This document shows positions 1-12,988 of a DNA stretch of 64,000 bases, piece by piece. Location of the stretch: assembly GCA_040954595.2 (NCBI GenBank), contig CM082591.2, forward strand, positions 10,433,309 through 10,497,308, in the 5' to 3' direction. The notes under the pieces were generated by a model. That model did no database searches. It was not told the DNA's origin and saw only the letters and a list, made by a program, of their open reading frames with translations. The translations under genes were made by a program, and so were the position numbers. Positions within the stretch are counted from its first letter, which is position 1, and each line of letters starts with the position of its first letter. Source of the stretch: Balanoglossus misakiensis. Its lineage: Eukaryota; Animalia; Hemichordata.

Positions 1-1338
1 TCATATGCTTGTAGTTCAGACTGCCACCTTGCTAGTCTTCCTCTTGGTTCTTTTAGTGATTTAAAAAAAAGTCAATGCTTGATGATCTGTCATAATATAG
101 AATTTAGTACCATACAAGTAACTACGAAATTTATCTATTGCCCACACTACTGCATAACATTCACGGTCAGTTGCTGAATAGTTCCTCTGTGATTTATTAG
201 GTGTCATACAAGCAAATGCAATTGGACGAGTTACTCCATTCACTGTTTGCTCCAATACTGCACCAACACCCACTCCACTAGCGTCCGTAATTAAGGTGAA
301 GGGTACTTTAAAATTATAATTAGAAAATGCTAACATAGGTGCAGATGAAAGTTTTGTCTTCAATTCATCAAATGCTTGTTCACAGTATTTGGTCCACATG
401 AATGTTTCTCCTTTGACAGTGAGTTGATGCAATGGAGCTGCTATGGTTGAAAAGTCTCTGATAAATCTTCTATAATATGAGGCTAGTCCCAAAAATCTCT
501 TCACCTCTGTTACCGAGGAAGGCTTAGGAAACTGCTTCACAGCATTTACAATTCTGGCAGTGGGTGAAATTCCATCAGGTGTAATGTGTTGGCCTAAGTA
601 CTCAATTTCTGTCTGAAGAAAGTGACACTTCTTAGGTTGTAACTTTAAACTAGCTTCACGTATCCTCGAAAAGACCAAAGATAAACGTTCTAAATGTTCA
701 TCCACTGTTGACGAAAATATCAATATGTCATCCAGATATATTAGAAGTATATGCCACATTTCTTTACTGAAAATGGAAGTCATTAAACGTTGAAATGTTG
801 CTGGAGCACCTTTAAGCCCAAACGGTATTACTTTGAACTGATGTTAGCCCCGGTGTGTCATAAATGCTGTCTTCTCTTTATAGTCTGCGTCCATACCAAC
901 TTGCCAGTAAACTGATGCACAGTCTAAAACACAGAACCATTTACTCTCTCCCAAGCAGTCAATAGCATCATCCACTCGTGGTAATGGATAAGCATCGTCT
1001 TTTGAGACAGAATTGAGTCGACGAAAATCAACACAACATCTGATTGAACCAACTTTCTTAGGTACTAAAATGACTGGACTGGTGAATGGACTAGTACTTT
1101 CTTCTATAATGTCCTTCTTCAACATATCATCAATTATTGTGTCAAGTTTATGTCTCTCTTGTAACCCAGTTCTACGAAATCTTGATCTCAATGGATAAGC
1201 ATCACCGGTATTAATTTTATGCTGAATCAAATTGGTTCTTCCCAACTCTCCATTCCACGAGAAAATGTCTCTATGACTATCTAGCAGATTGAATACATCC
1301 TGTTTTTGAGATTCGCTGACCTTACTGTCCTCTACCAA
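1..1338 (-). pseudogene. pol: Gypsy pol: reverse transcriptase and RNase H (stops/frameshifts)
   Basis: ORF 844-1338 has SPFTSPVILVPKK, CVDFRRLN, YPLPRVDD and WQV. ORF 61-783 has IYLDDILIF, KRFLGLASYYRRFI, TDASGVGVGAVL, NYSATDRE and TDHQAL. Confidence 0.95.
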
Positions 1339-1594
1339 TGATTCAAGAGTTACTGGTGGTTTCTCTATTTTCTGATGTAATTCTGCATTATGTCTCTTGG
1401 TAATTTGTCCAACAGTCGTAGATTCGTCTGTACAAGTAGTTGGCTCAAATTGTCCAATATGAGACCCCTATACAATTTTATTTTATTTGCATGAGGGTTA
1501 CACAGTCTCACCCATGTTGTTTGATCCTCATTTATGATGTTACAGGATGCAGCACAAACAACTTTCTTACGCTCATAATGTTCTGGGTCACTCT

Positions 1595-2162
1595 CTATAA
1601 TTCCACACTGACCTGAAAAGCTGTAACTGGGACTTTACAAATTTTCTCATGTCTTGGTGGTATGACAGTACTTTTTGCCACAGTAACTCGACAACATTGA
1701 GGAACTTCATTTTCTGTAATTGATGACACATTGCTACCAGGTACTAGTTGTTTCTGCTCCTTAAATGTTATGGTCTTATTGACAAAATCAATTTCCATAC
1801 TACCTAACTGTTCCATTGCATCAGTTCCTAGTAGAAATTCATTACGCATGAATTCTGGTGACATTACATAAACACATGTAGGACACATTCTGTACTGTGA
1901 GATTGACCTGTACTTGACCTTCAAAATGAATAACACTCCCGTTCACAGCTTCTGGCTGAATCAATACAGGACTGAGTTGAATTTTCCGCAAGACAGGCAA
2001 ATCTGCACGGGCGATGGTTATCTGAGAACCAGAATCCACAAACATAGTAGTCTCTTCACCATTCACAGTTCCTATAACACTATATTGGCCTCCACATAGA
2101 TTGGTATTGGTAGTTGTTAACACTTGAGGAAATTTGGAGGCTGACTGTTCTACAGGCGACAA
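1595..2162 (-). pseudogene. Gypsy aspartic protease region (frameshifted)
   Basis: Retropepsin motif FVDSGSQIT in 1842-2162 and LLGTD in the overlapping frame 1595-1936. Confidence 0.85.
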
Positions 2163-2298
2163 TGTCTGAGCTCTAAGGCCCCAGACCGACAGTACCGGGG
2201 TCCCCAGACATTCACACCCATAAAACTTTCATTTTTCTTTCCATTCATGGCCATATCACCTCCTGAGGCCAAGGGTTGGCCACCTCCTAGACCCCTTT

Positions 2299-3497
2299 CT
2301 AGTTTGGGTAAGTACCAGTACATGTAGCTGCTCTATGTCCAAAACGGTGACATTTATAACACTGCATTCTCTGAGGACAATTTCTCCAAAAGTGTCCAAC
2401 TTGATCACACTGGAAACACTGTATATTATTACACTGATTCATTCTTCTATCTGGCTGTCTGGTAGTTCTACCTCTTCTGTAGTTTGTACCTTGGAAAACA
2501 CGGTTAACTTGTGCGTCTACCATAGATGAAATGGTTTCTTCTAACCCTTTAACTGCAGTTTCAACAGCTGTTGTCACAATCTCACTCATATCTGTTTCAA
2601 TATGCGCAACTCTAACACTGTGTTCAGTCTTAGTAGTCGACGGCTTATTTTTATATTTTTGCCAATTAGTTGCAAAGTCTACGACATCCTTTAAACTGGC
2701 TTCAGCGACTTTATACAGTAGTGCTGTCGACAACTGTTCAGTCAATTCAAGGAGTAACCCAGCAATGAACTGTCCCTTAATAATAGAATTAAGACCACTT
2801 CCGACACATTTGGGAAACCCTTCAACCGCTAACTTCTTTAAAGATCCATTAGCAGTTGGTCATTTTCTTATTTTGTTTGGTCTATGTATCAAGTACAGTT
2901 TCTGGTTGGAATCACTGAACTATGATGAAATGCCCGGTATTTTGTTCATTAACATGCCCTATATGAGTACAATCTGCATTGTTATTGTTGAAAGTTTGTA
3001 TTCTAGTCCGGACTAGAATTCCATTGTCAACAATTACAATGATCATTTTACATGTGTATGTTACGTTGACAATCAGAATACTGGACACTTGAGCATTATG
3101 TCCGGGTAAGCATAGGAAACTGGAGTTAGTACACAGGTCACAAGTAATAATAAAAAGTCAAAAGTTACAGCTAATGTCCCTTTAATGAACGAACATATTT
3201 CCCAATATTTTCACCAAATTCTAACTTGCGACTATGAAATTCTCTTTGTGCTGCCAAGTCGTCTTTCTTCTTACCAAAGTTACTTCTCAACTCATCTTTT
3301 ATCTTCGCAATTTCTTTTCTGTCTTCGTCTGACATGGACTGGACCACCATTGCAGCATCCCCTTTCACACACGTGCGAATGATAGCAGCAGCCTTTGCTT
3401 CTTTGCCTTCTGCTTCTATTATTGCGTCGAATCTGTCCAGCCATTGTTCTAGCTCACTTTCCTCCTCCCCGGTGAAATACTCCAACTTCTTAGCCAT
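2299..3497 (-). pseudogene. gag: Gypsy gag with two CCHC zinc knuckles, split by a 340-bp insertion
   Basis: N-terminal FTGEEE..WLDRFD. Knuckles CFQCDQVGHFWRNC and CYKCHRFGHRAATC. Removing 2842-3181 and one TTAA restores the frame YVRSLKKLAVEGFP. Confidence 0.88.
2842..3181. mobile_element. Non-autonomous TTAA-target MITE, Kolobok/T2-like
   Basis: TTAA at 2838-2841 and 3182-3185. Imperfect TIRs AGATCCATTAGC and (reverse complement) AGGGACATTAGC. Excision restores the gag reading frame. Confidence 0.8.
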
Positions 3498-3503
3498 TTT
3501 CTA

Positions 3504-3517
3504 CACCGCTGCCACCA
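3504..3517 (-). promoter_or_regulatory. Primer-binding site, probably tRNA-Leu
   Basis: Minus strand reads TGGTGGCAGCGGTG one base after the LTR end ...GTCTCA. This matches my recollection of the 3' end of metazoan tRNA-Leu(AAG/TAG). Confidence 0.75.
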
Positions 3518-3518
3518 T

Positions 3519-3743
3519 TGAGACGACACAGAAACGGGAACGTACTTTTCACATGTTTATTGACAGACAGCACAATACGACACCACCGTACGGTACAATC
3601 ATACAAGACAATAGAGATGTTTAGTGACACGTAATTACGTCCAATGACTACGCGTAACGTCACTGTCACGTGATAAGTAGGCGTTGCTTACGTCTGGCGC
3701 AGACGTTCAAAACGGCAGGAGACTACTCTACGCGTAGACGTCA
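3519..3743 (-). repeat. Putative Gypsy 5' LTR
   Basis: Ends in CA next to the PBS and contains AATAAA on the minus strand (about 3556-3561). The outer TG edge is a guess because the second LTR is outside the window. Confidence 0.55.
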
Positions 3744-3987
3744 ATACGGGTAAGATTTTTTCTGGTTAGTTGGATTTTTGTAAAAATTTTAGGAAATGTT
3801 TGAGCCAGTTTTGTCAGGAGGTGTCAAATTTAATCAAAACATGAATTTTTCCACCAAAATATTTCAGAAATAATGGAAAATCAGCGAGTTCGTGCGACAG
3901 CCAGGGTATACCCGCTGCGGCCGCTGGCGCTTCCGGGGCCGGCGGAACAACAACAAATGCCGGTAATTTTCGCACAAAAAAAAAATC

Positions 3988-4208
3988 ATGCGATTCTCGG
4001 CATACCATGATATTATGCTGCTTAGGGAAGTTGTGTCACAAAACCCCTTCGCAGTCCCAACCAGAGAATCGGGAAGAGCCTGGGGGCGTGTGGCTGAAGC
4101 CTTGGTGGAGGTGTACGACACTTTCCTTGTCGACAATCGCCGGTGCAGAGAACGAAACCTGCTGCTGCTTGAATACTATAAAAAGAAAGAACTTGGGAGT
4201 TTACGGCG
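3988..4208 (+). pseudogene. Myb/SANT (trihelix)-like DNA-binding exon, Harbinger-accessory type, isolated fragment
   Basis: Pattern F..D..LLREV...NPF......W..VA..L.......RRCRER..LLL..YKK followed by a GTGAG splice donor. No partner transposase is visible. Confidence 0.6.
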
Positions 4209-5315
4209 GTGAGAATTTTTATTTTTGTAAATAATTTATGTAAAATATAACCCATGCCATTACAGGTATCACAATTTAAAACCCAAAAAGGGTCACGAGA
4301 ATTCATGAATGTGAATTATTCAGTATTCTTAACGTGAGAATATCGGAGAATATCGATTTTACATAGTACATTTATTCCTGTGTCTACTAGCTGTAGATTG
4401 GTCGCGATCGTCCCACATGCATGCACGGTACCTACGCGATCGCGAACGTGAAAGCGGTCACGGGGGTGCGGCCCAAGCCGGGGCTGGCCGACATCTGCGC
4501 GCCTGTCGCTGCCGTATTTGCATCGCGTCGGTTTCCAGTCATCATCACTAGTACTTTAGAATTGTAACGATATTCGCAACATTAAAAAGTGTCATTCAGA
4601 CAATCTACCTGATGGATTGATACATATTTGTAATGCAATTTATCGGACAATGATCACATTTTTCTGTCATGGCTCGGATGATGCTCCGACTCGGATGCCA
4701 TTGGGGTGGGATGCCTTCGCGATTTCGTTGAATAAATTTAGTTAAAAAAAATTCGTCAACGGCTTGTTCCTATTAACATGTTGCTCCTGTCAGTAAAAAA
4801 TGCCCTAACTTTGATGCATTATCACTATGTTACCTGTGACTGCGATTTGCCGTACACGAAAGGGAGACTTCATTCACGATTTCATGTGACAAAACAAATA
4901 ATCAACTTTTTAGGGGTTTTCAAATTGTAGTTTTGTCTCCACAGTTGAAAAATCCCCACGTCTTGACTTTGATGACTTTTGTAGCCTGAACAGCTGCGGC
5001 TCAGGCTCAGAGTAGTAGCGGCACTGGTACTTCGATGTAATTCTCCGAACTCGGTGCGGAACAGCAGCTCGATCCACCAGCCTGTTTCACAGGAAAAATC
5101 CTCAGGCTGACAGATATAGGCGTACGTCTCGTACTCTCATATCTCACCCAATTTTAGGATGGTCCTTACTTTTAAGATACATATTTGAAAGGATTTTGAG
5201 CATACCGAACATCATAATATGATTATAGAATCGTTGGTGATCGACTTATTAGCTAAATTAGCTTCCATACACAATACATGTAGTTTAGAAATGCCCCTTC
5301 AATAAGAAGGTGTTG

Positions 5316-5852
5316 GAAGTTTGTTACTTATTCCTTATTCCTTATTCGAATGTGAAGTTTGTGACTTATTCCTTATTCCTTATTCCTTATTCGAATGTGA
5401 AGTTTGTTACTTATTCCTCATTCCTTATTCAAAGCTGAAGTCTGTGACTTATTCCTTATTCAAAGCTGAAGTCTGTGACTTATTCCTTATTCAAAGCTGA
5501 AGTCTGTGACTTATTCCTTATTCGAAAACTGAAGTCTGTGACTTATTCCTTATTCGAAAACTGAAGTCTGTGACTTTTCCTTATTCAAAGCTGAAGTCTG
5601 TGACTTATTCCTTATTCGAAAACTGAAGTCTGTGACTTATTCCTTATTCAAAGCTGAAGTTTGTGACTTATTCCTTATACGAAAACTGAAGTCTGTGACT
5701 TATTCCTTATTCAAAGCTGAAGTCTGTGACTTATTCCTTATTCGAAAACTGAAGTCTGTGACTTATTCCTTCTTCAAAACTGAAGTCTGTGACTTATTCC
5801 TTATTCGAAAACTGAGTCTGTGTCTTATTCGTTATTCAAAGCTGAAGTTTGT
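5316..5852 (+). repeat. Left-arm minisatellite, about 32-bp unit (GAAGTCTGTGACTTATTCCTTATTCAAAGCT-like, with CTTATTC heptamers)
   Basis: Directly visible tandem array. Confidence 0.95.
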
Positions 5853-6570
5853 GTCATCGGTTTTCAAAATCAGGCCGACCCCCCCCCCCTTCACCCAGCA
5901 CCAAAAATATGATGACCCCCCCCCCCCACGCCGAAAACATTCGCCGTCCTCACACCTCAATTATAAATTTCTTAAAAGTAATTGAAGTATATAATAGTAT
6001 ATCGTTGCAATAAAGAAATCTATGAACAAATTAAAATGACAAGTCAATACAATAGTTGCTAGAATTGGTAAAACAAGAAAAGTGGCGGGGGTGAGCGTGA
6101 GAAAGCAAGAGGGGTGTCCCCCTCCAACATTAGAAAATTTTGTAAAATACTGTGCTCAAAGTTGCATTTTAATGAACTCAAAAGCAAATTAACTTAATGT
6201 TAGGCAGGACAAATTTAAATTTTGGCACTCCACTCAAAGTAAGCATCGGGGGTGGGGTGGCAAGAAGTCTTCCCTGGTACACTAGACAAACAAGCAAAAA
6301 ATTAAATGTGGCGAAGAATGGAGGGGGTGGGCTCGGGAGGGGGTGTCCCCCTCCCACATGAGAAAATTTTGTAAAATAAAGGGCGCGAAACTGCAATTTT
6401 GTGGACTCAAAAGTAAAAGTTCGGTGGCAAAAGTATGTGACCCCCCCTAAACGTTTAAAAAAAACAGATGCCCCCCCCCTTTTGGACTTCAAAATTTAAG
6501 TGACCCCCCCTCCCTGGATTTTGCCGCCCGCCCCCTCCCCCCGGCCGTAAAAACTGACCGGTCCCTTAAG
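5853..6570. mobile_element. Probable truncated non-autonomous DNA element (G/C-run rich) inside the foldback spacer
   Basis: Poly-C and poly-G tracts, a duplicated GGGGTGTCCCCTCC..AGAAAATTTTGTAAAATA motif (about 6110 and 6340), and a terminus-like CTGACCGGTCCCTTAA. Only one end is recognisable. Confidence 0.4.
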
Positions 6571-6761
6571 TCATAAAAGGAACACGTCATCTTAATATTT
6601 CTTAAACAAAACATGAACTTAGCGCGCGTGATAGAGTTCTGACATGTATCAATTACACAAGCTTGTTTACTCTGGGTCAAGTACCTATGTCAATACAAGT
6701 GAATGACATCTTACGTAATCATAGAAAGGATCTTATGAGCGTTCAAACTCAGTCGTGACAA

Positions 6762-9215
6762 CAGACTTCAGATTTCGAATAAGGAATAAGCTTTGAATAA
6801 GGAATAAGTCACAGACTTCAGAATCCGAATAAGGAATAAGCTTTGAATAAGGAATAAGTCACAGACTTCAGAATCCGAATAAGGAAAAAGTCACAGACTT
6901 CAGATTTCGAATAAGGAATAAGTCACAGACTTCAGATTTCGAATAAGGAATAAGCTTTGAATAAGGAATAAGTCACAGACTTCAGATTTCGAATAAGGAA
7001 TAAGCTTTGAATAAGGATTAAGTCACAGACTTCAGTATCCGAATAAGGAAAAAGTCACAGACTTCAGATTTCGAATAAGGAATAAGTCACAGACTTCAGA
7101 TTTCGAATAAGGAATAAGCTTTGAATAAGGAATAAGTCACAGACTTCAGATTTCGAATAAGGAATAAGCTTTGAATAAGGATTAAGTCACAGACTTCAGA
7201 TTTCGAATAAGGAATACGCTTTGAATAAGGAATAAGTCACAGACTTCAGATTTCGAATAAGGAATAAGCTTTGAATAAGGAATAAATCACAGACTTCAGA
7301 ATCCGAATAAGGAAAAAGTCACAGACTTCTGATTTCGAATAAGGAATAAGTCACAGACTTCAGATTTCGAATAAGGAATAAGCTTTGAATAAGGAATAAG
7401 TCACAGACTTCAGAATCCGAATAAGGAATAAGCTTTGAATAAGGAATAAGTCACAGACTTCAGAATCCGAATAAGGAAAAAGTCACAGACTTCAGATTTC
7501 GAATAAGGAATAAGTCACAGACTTCAGATTTCGAATAAGGAATAAGCTTTGAATAAGGAATAAGTCACAGACTTCAGATTTCGAATAAGGAATAAGCTTT
7601 GAATAAGGATTAAGTCACAGACTTCAGTATCCGAATAAGGAAAAAGTCACAGACTTCAGATTTCGAATAAGGAATAAGTCACAGACTTCAGATTTCGAAT
7701 AAGGAATAAGCTTTGAATAAGGAATAAGTCACAGACTTCAGATTTCGAATAAGGAATAAGCTTTGAATAAGGATTAAGTCACAGACTTCAGATTTCGAAT
7801 AAGGAATACGCTTTGAATAAGGAATAAGTCACAGACTTCAGATTTCGAATAAGGAATAAGCTTTGAATAAGGAATAAATCACAGACTTCAGAATCCGAAT
7901 AAGGAAAAAGTCACAGACTTCTGATTTCGAATAAGGAATAAGTCACAGACTTCAGATTTCGAATAAGGAATAAGCTTTGAATAAGGAATAAGTCACAGAC
8001 TTCAGATTTCTAATAAGGAATAAGCTTTGAATAAGGAATAAGTCACAGACTTCAGAATCCGAATAAGGAAAAAGTCACAGACTTCAGATTTCGAATAAGG
8101 AATAAGTCACAGACTTCAGATTTCGAATAAGGAATAAGCTTTGAATAAGGAATAAGTCACAGACTTCAGATTTCGAATAAGGAATAAGCTTTGAATAAGG
8201 ATTAAGTCACAGACTTCAGTATCCGAATAAGGAAAAAGTCACAGACTTCAGATTTCGAATAAGGAATAAGTCACAGACTTCAGATTTCGAATAAGGAATA
8301 AGCTTTGAATAAGGAATAAGTCACAGACTTCAGATTTCGAATAAGGAATAAGCTTTGAATAAGGATTAAGTCACAGACTTCAGATTTCGAATAAGGAATA
8401 CGCTTTGAATAAGGAATAAGTCACAGACTTCAGATTTCGAATAAGGAATAAGCTTTGAATAAGGAATAAATCACAGACTTCAGAATCCGAATAAGGAAAA
8501 AGTCACAGACTTCTGATTTCGAATAAGGAATAAGTCACAGACTTCAGATTTCGAATAAGGAATAAGCTTTGAATAAGGAATAAGTCACAGACTTCAGATT
8601 TCTAATAAGGAATAAGCTTTGAATAAGGAATAAGTCACAGACTTCAGTATCCGAATAAGGAAAAAGTCACAGACTTCAGATTTCGAATAAGGAATAAGTC
8701 ACAGACTTCAGATTTCGAATAAGGAATAAGCTTTGAATAAGGAATAAGTCACAGACTTCAGATTTCGAATAAGGAATAAGCTTTGAATAAGGATTAAGTC
8801 ACAGACTTCAGATTTCGAATAAGGAATAAGCTTTGAATAAGGAATAAGTCACAGACTTCAGATTTGGAATAAGGAATAAGCTTTGAATAAGGAATAAATC
8901 ACAGACTTCAGAATCCGAATAAGGAAAAAGTCACATACTTCTGATTTCGAATAAGGAATAAGTCACAGACTTCAGAATCCGAATAAGGAAAAAGTCACAG
9001 ACTTCAGATTTCGAATAAGGAATAAGCTTTGAATAAGGAATAAGTCACAGACTTCAGATTTTGAATAAGGAATAAGGAATAAGTAACAAACTTCACATTC
9101 GAATAAGGAATAAGGAATAAGTAACAAACTTCACATTCGAATAAGGAATAAGGAATAAGGAATAAGTAACAAACTTCACATTCGAATAAGGAATAAGGAA
9201 TAAGTAACAAACTTC
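6762..9215 (-). repeat. Right-arm minisatellite (32- and 48-bp units, GAATAAG heptamers) with a 592-bp higher-order period
   Basis: Reverse-complement relative of the left arm. The GTATCC variant recurs at 7035, 7627 and 8219. Confidence 0.95.
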
Positions 9216-10969
9216 ACGCACCCTCAATAAGACACAATTCCGCACCTAACTCTCGCAGATTCCGACCCTTTTTGACTTTGCGCAAGTCGCGTCGCACAAC
9301 GTTACCGGTCGCAGTGACCTATTTTCGGCACACTGATATCATAGCAATATGAAGAGATGAATAGGACTACTTCTTGAAATATTCTATTTTGGGCAAAAGA
9401 CTGGATATCTCCAAAAAATCACCCAACTTGAAGGAATGGTTGAAGTCAACACTTTGATATGATGGCCCGATGCGGAAATTTCTGACACCATTTTACACTC
9501 TATGAAACTCATCATGAATATTTTCTGTCTCGATCGTTCCACGTCTTTCTACAGCTCTCGTTGATGTGAATAGTTGTTCAGAATCAGAACCCGTTTTTTT
9601 TCTCGCCAGGCTCCCTGGCGACTGAAAAAAACACCTTGAGTGTGGATTCTGGTGCAGTGTGAATATAAGGCCTAAGTTCAAGCGGTTACGTCCATGGTTC
9701 AAGGGAGGCCAACATTAATAAGTTTTTTCCTTGATGTACTTAATTCTTAGTATGGGGACATGATTGTGTGTGACACCAGGAATCTCAGGTCGAATCTCTG
9801 ACAAAGTTCGTTCGTTGTCTTTGAAAGTAACGACTCGATTGTGTACTTGGTTGAAATTTCGAAGCATCTTTGTTGTAGGCCTAGTTCCGGCAGGGATCGT
9901 TTATTTCTAAAAGTCACATTTGAATTTGTGTAAAGATCATTGCAATCGTTTTGTGGTCTGATTTGTTATATTTTCGTCTAACAAGACTTAGTGAAATTAG
10001 TCTTTGAAAGGACGCTTTCAAGGCTGGCCTTAATTTCCACTGTGACAGCTTGGCTTGCATTATAATGAAGCCGTTCACGCTTTTTTATCTTCCATCTCCA
10101 CATTCACTTACTGGTTTACATAACAAAACAAAAAAAACAGATTTGAATGAGAAACTTCTTGCTAATCAAAAGTTAATACAATTTTTTTTTTCATTTTTGT
10201 GCATGTTTCAGAGCGGTTTTGACAGTTTTTTTTTAAAGGGGGCGTGGCATGTTCATCTGTAATCCGAGCCAAGTAATCAGCATCAGCTTCTGGTCATACT
10301 TTATGGAAAGTTTGTTATTTTTAGTTATTTTACAGTTGTTGTAATTGTGTCACGAAAATTCTACTTGAACGTATTCAGAAACGAATTTGTCAAACACATA
10401 GCAACAGCACCTAATACCATTGAATAATGGCAACACCCGCTATTGTTGGATCCTCAAAAATCTTCTGGAACGGCTCGACGATAATAATAATACTTTTCAG
10501 AACAGAAGACGGCTATTAGAACCGAAACCTGACCTTGCAATGAGAGTTTGTCGGGAAAAAAATGTTTGGAGGAACAGAGTGTCTCGGTAGATGTCTACAT
10601 TACAATGCTATGGGTCTTCAGGTACTTCCCCCCAGTCGTCCCACAATGCAACGCGGTTTTCAAGATGGCGGTTAATACAGCTTTGCCCTATATGGACACG
10701 TTGCAAATTTATATAGTCGATGTGGTATTGTGGTGTGAAACAGCATGATGAAATTCGGTGTAATCCGCTGGAAGTCCGCGCACGATGATGACGAGTACAA
10801 AATTTGTTCATTCATTACATCTACATTTGTAATTATCATGACTGCAGTGTGTTTATGGAATTTGTCCTAGCTTTAATAAAATTGTTTTAATCTTTTTCAT
10901 ATACACTCGCCCCGATCGCCAAATATGGAATAATGAGATCGTGAATATTCATATTAAGTTTCGCAGTAT

Positions 10970-11112
10970 TAGCCAATCAGTACATCTGAATTTTGGGGTC
11001 AGGGGTTACGAAGTGGCGGTACTTCTATGCATGATATGTACGTAGAACGCGACCCAGCCAATCAAGTGACCTACGCTCTCATAAATTACATGGTCATACC
11101 AAAGTGGGCGGT
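10970..11112 (+). promoter_or_regulatory. Candidate promoter of the HIRAN gene
   Basis: Two AGCCAATCA CCAAT boxes (about 10971 and 11056) and a GGGCGG box (about 11106) in CpG-rich sequence just inside the left TIR. Confidence 0.4.
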
Positions 11113-11417
11113 CTTATGTCATCAAAGTTTTTCATTGACAACATTTCAACCCAGTTACTCGAAAAATTACTCTGAAATTCACCGATCCTTTCTTACGTAA
11201 GAACAATTTATTTTTGCGTCTTCCGAATAAAATCCTCCCTACGCTGCCCTGTAGTCCCGATCCCATGCCCAGCCGGCCCCTGCCGTGACATGATCGGCGC
11301 GGCGCGAAATTACCTGTCGTCAGAAAAATCTGACACAATGATCTGCCGTCAGCTCAGTCGCTGAGTCACCAGTGTACTACACAGTCACCAGAGAACGCCA
11401 ACGTACGTCAAATCAAA

Positions 11418-11816
11418 ATGCCGAAAGTTATCATTCACGGAGTGAATGCCGTGGGAATGGCTCACTACAGAGGAGATTTGACAGTCGGGGAAATATACTA
11501 TTTGCGCCGCGAGCATGACAATCCTCACGATAGAAATGCCATCGCAATAGTGGATTCGTCGGAGCCCGGGCCGCGGACCCAAATATTTGGCCATTTGAAG
11601 CGTCGCGCCGCACGTTTAATTGCAAGAGTAATCGATGCGGGGCTTGCCTCAAATGGTGTTTATTATTTGAAGCCTAAGGCCCGCGGTTTCTTCTATTCAC
11701 GACGTTGCGGTGTCGTTCAGTGGTGCAACGTAGGGTTTCTTTTGAAGAAAAGTGATGTGGATCGAGCTAGTGAAGTCCTGTTAGGCAACGGATTTAAAGT
11801 TACGTGCTCGGACTAA
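11418..11816 (+). CDS. Stand-alone HIRAN-domain protein (132 aa), intact
   Basis: HIRAN pattern VGMAHY...VGE.YYLRREHDNPHDRNAIAIV...FGHL.R..A..IA.VID. It has an ATG start and TAA stop. Confidence 0.85.
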   Translation: MPKVIIHGVNAVGMAHYRGDLTVGEIYYLRREHDNPHDRNAIAIVDSSEPGPRTQIFGHLKRRAARLIARVIDAGLASNGVYYLKPKARGFFYSRRCGVVQWCNVGFLLKKSDVDRASEVLLGNGFKVTCSD

Positions 11817-12988
11817 TCGTTTTCTTCCATTCAGTTGGAAAACACAACAAAAACGGCCCTTTTAAGGGCCACCAAATCCTCCAGAAAGAGATATGCCGTT
11901 AGGCGTTACACGAGAATCTATTATAATGATTATATTCTTGTCACACGGTCACTCTGTGTGGAGTGACCTGGTTGTCAATGTCATTGTCGTATGTTTTGAT
12001 TGTTTTGTAGATTGCACATAAGGTCGTTGACCTTTGTACCATGCACTCCAGCGTATCAGTTTGAGCACACGAGCAGTTCCTATATTTTTGGTTGCAAATA
12101 CAATTTATCTCACAGTATATTAATTTTAAGGAGCCAATTGTAGAAATCACACTTGTAATATTTCACATATTACATATGATCACCCATTTGTTTTAAATTG
12201 TCATTTAATTGCTAAGTCATTATCATGTTACACATTTCATGTTATTCTCATTCAGTTCTCCAGTGTCACTCACATCTGTTATCAGTCTCACACACAATTA
12301 ATCCATATGAATGCAAGTGTCAACCATGTGTCTTGTCTATTCTGTCAAGTCCACAGTCCTCACCATTGTATTGTACATGTCACAGTGTCATTGTTACTAC
12401 CCCAGTCACATACACCATTTTGTTTGTCCATTTGTAATTTATTGAAGAACAATAATTCAGCCAAAAATTATTTCTAATTAATCATGTTTCACACAATATC
12501 ATTAACAATGTGTTCAATTAAGCTGTATATATTTATAACACTGAGAAGTCTAATGTCATCTTTGTATGGAACTCAATGTTTAATATTAAATAAATATGTA
12601 TTTCTACATTACACTTGTATATATTATCTATTACATTATATATTGGAAATTTCATATTTACACATGACACACATATTTACAATATTTCTGTTAAACTGGA
12701 TTTTGATAATTAAAGGAAATGTAATATTTATGTTTATATATAAATTATTAATATATTAGTATTGTAAATATTACAATATTTCTAACACTAGATTGAATGT
12801 TATTTTCCAAGCTTGAACAGGATTATTATGTATGATATTCATATTTGTCTTTAACCCCTGGGATGTTTAGATTTGTCTATCATGGAATGTGTGCAGAGCT
12901 GACTTTTCTACACTGATAGGGTGTGTAAAATGCCAAAGAACTTATCCAACACTGCAACAGTGGATGATTCTGTAATGTTGTGAAGATT

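Larger units (their letters stand above)
1..3743 (-). mobile_element. Ty3/Gypsy LTR retrotransposon, 5' part (LTR-PBS-gag-PR-RT-RNase H), decayed, continues beyond the window start
   Basis: On the minus strand in order: gag (3497-2299, with CCHC knuckles), protease VDSGS, RT with YLDD, RNase H TDASG...TDH. A tRNA-like PBS lies at 3504-3517. The outer LTR boundary is approximate. Confidence 0.93.
5306..9225. mobile_element. Foldback-type non-autonomous element with inverted minisatellite arms
   Basis: Left end GAAGGTGTTGGAAGTTTGTTACTTA versus right-end reverse complement GAGGGTGCGTGAAGTTTGTTACTTA. AATAA flanks both ends (5301-5305 and 9226-9230). Confidence 0.8.

Noticed and set aside
5316-9215. 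CRISPR-like or telomeric array
   Set aside because: There are no unique spacers or cas genes, the context is eukaryotic, and the heptamer is embedded in 32/48-bp units with transposon-like termini.
4330-10880. TIR or RSS-like left end for the RAG1-like element
   Set aside because: Several CAC-starting stretches exist, but none has a matching inverted partner after 26307. The right end may have been lost at the LINE junction.
12160-12860. Short ORFs in AT-rich sequence between the convergent genes
   Set aside because: Low-complexity, UTR-like composition with no motifs.
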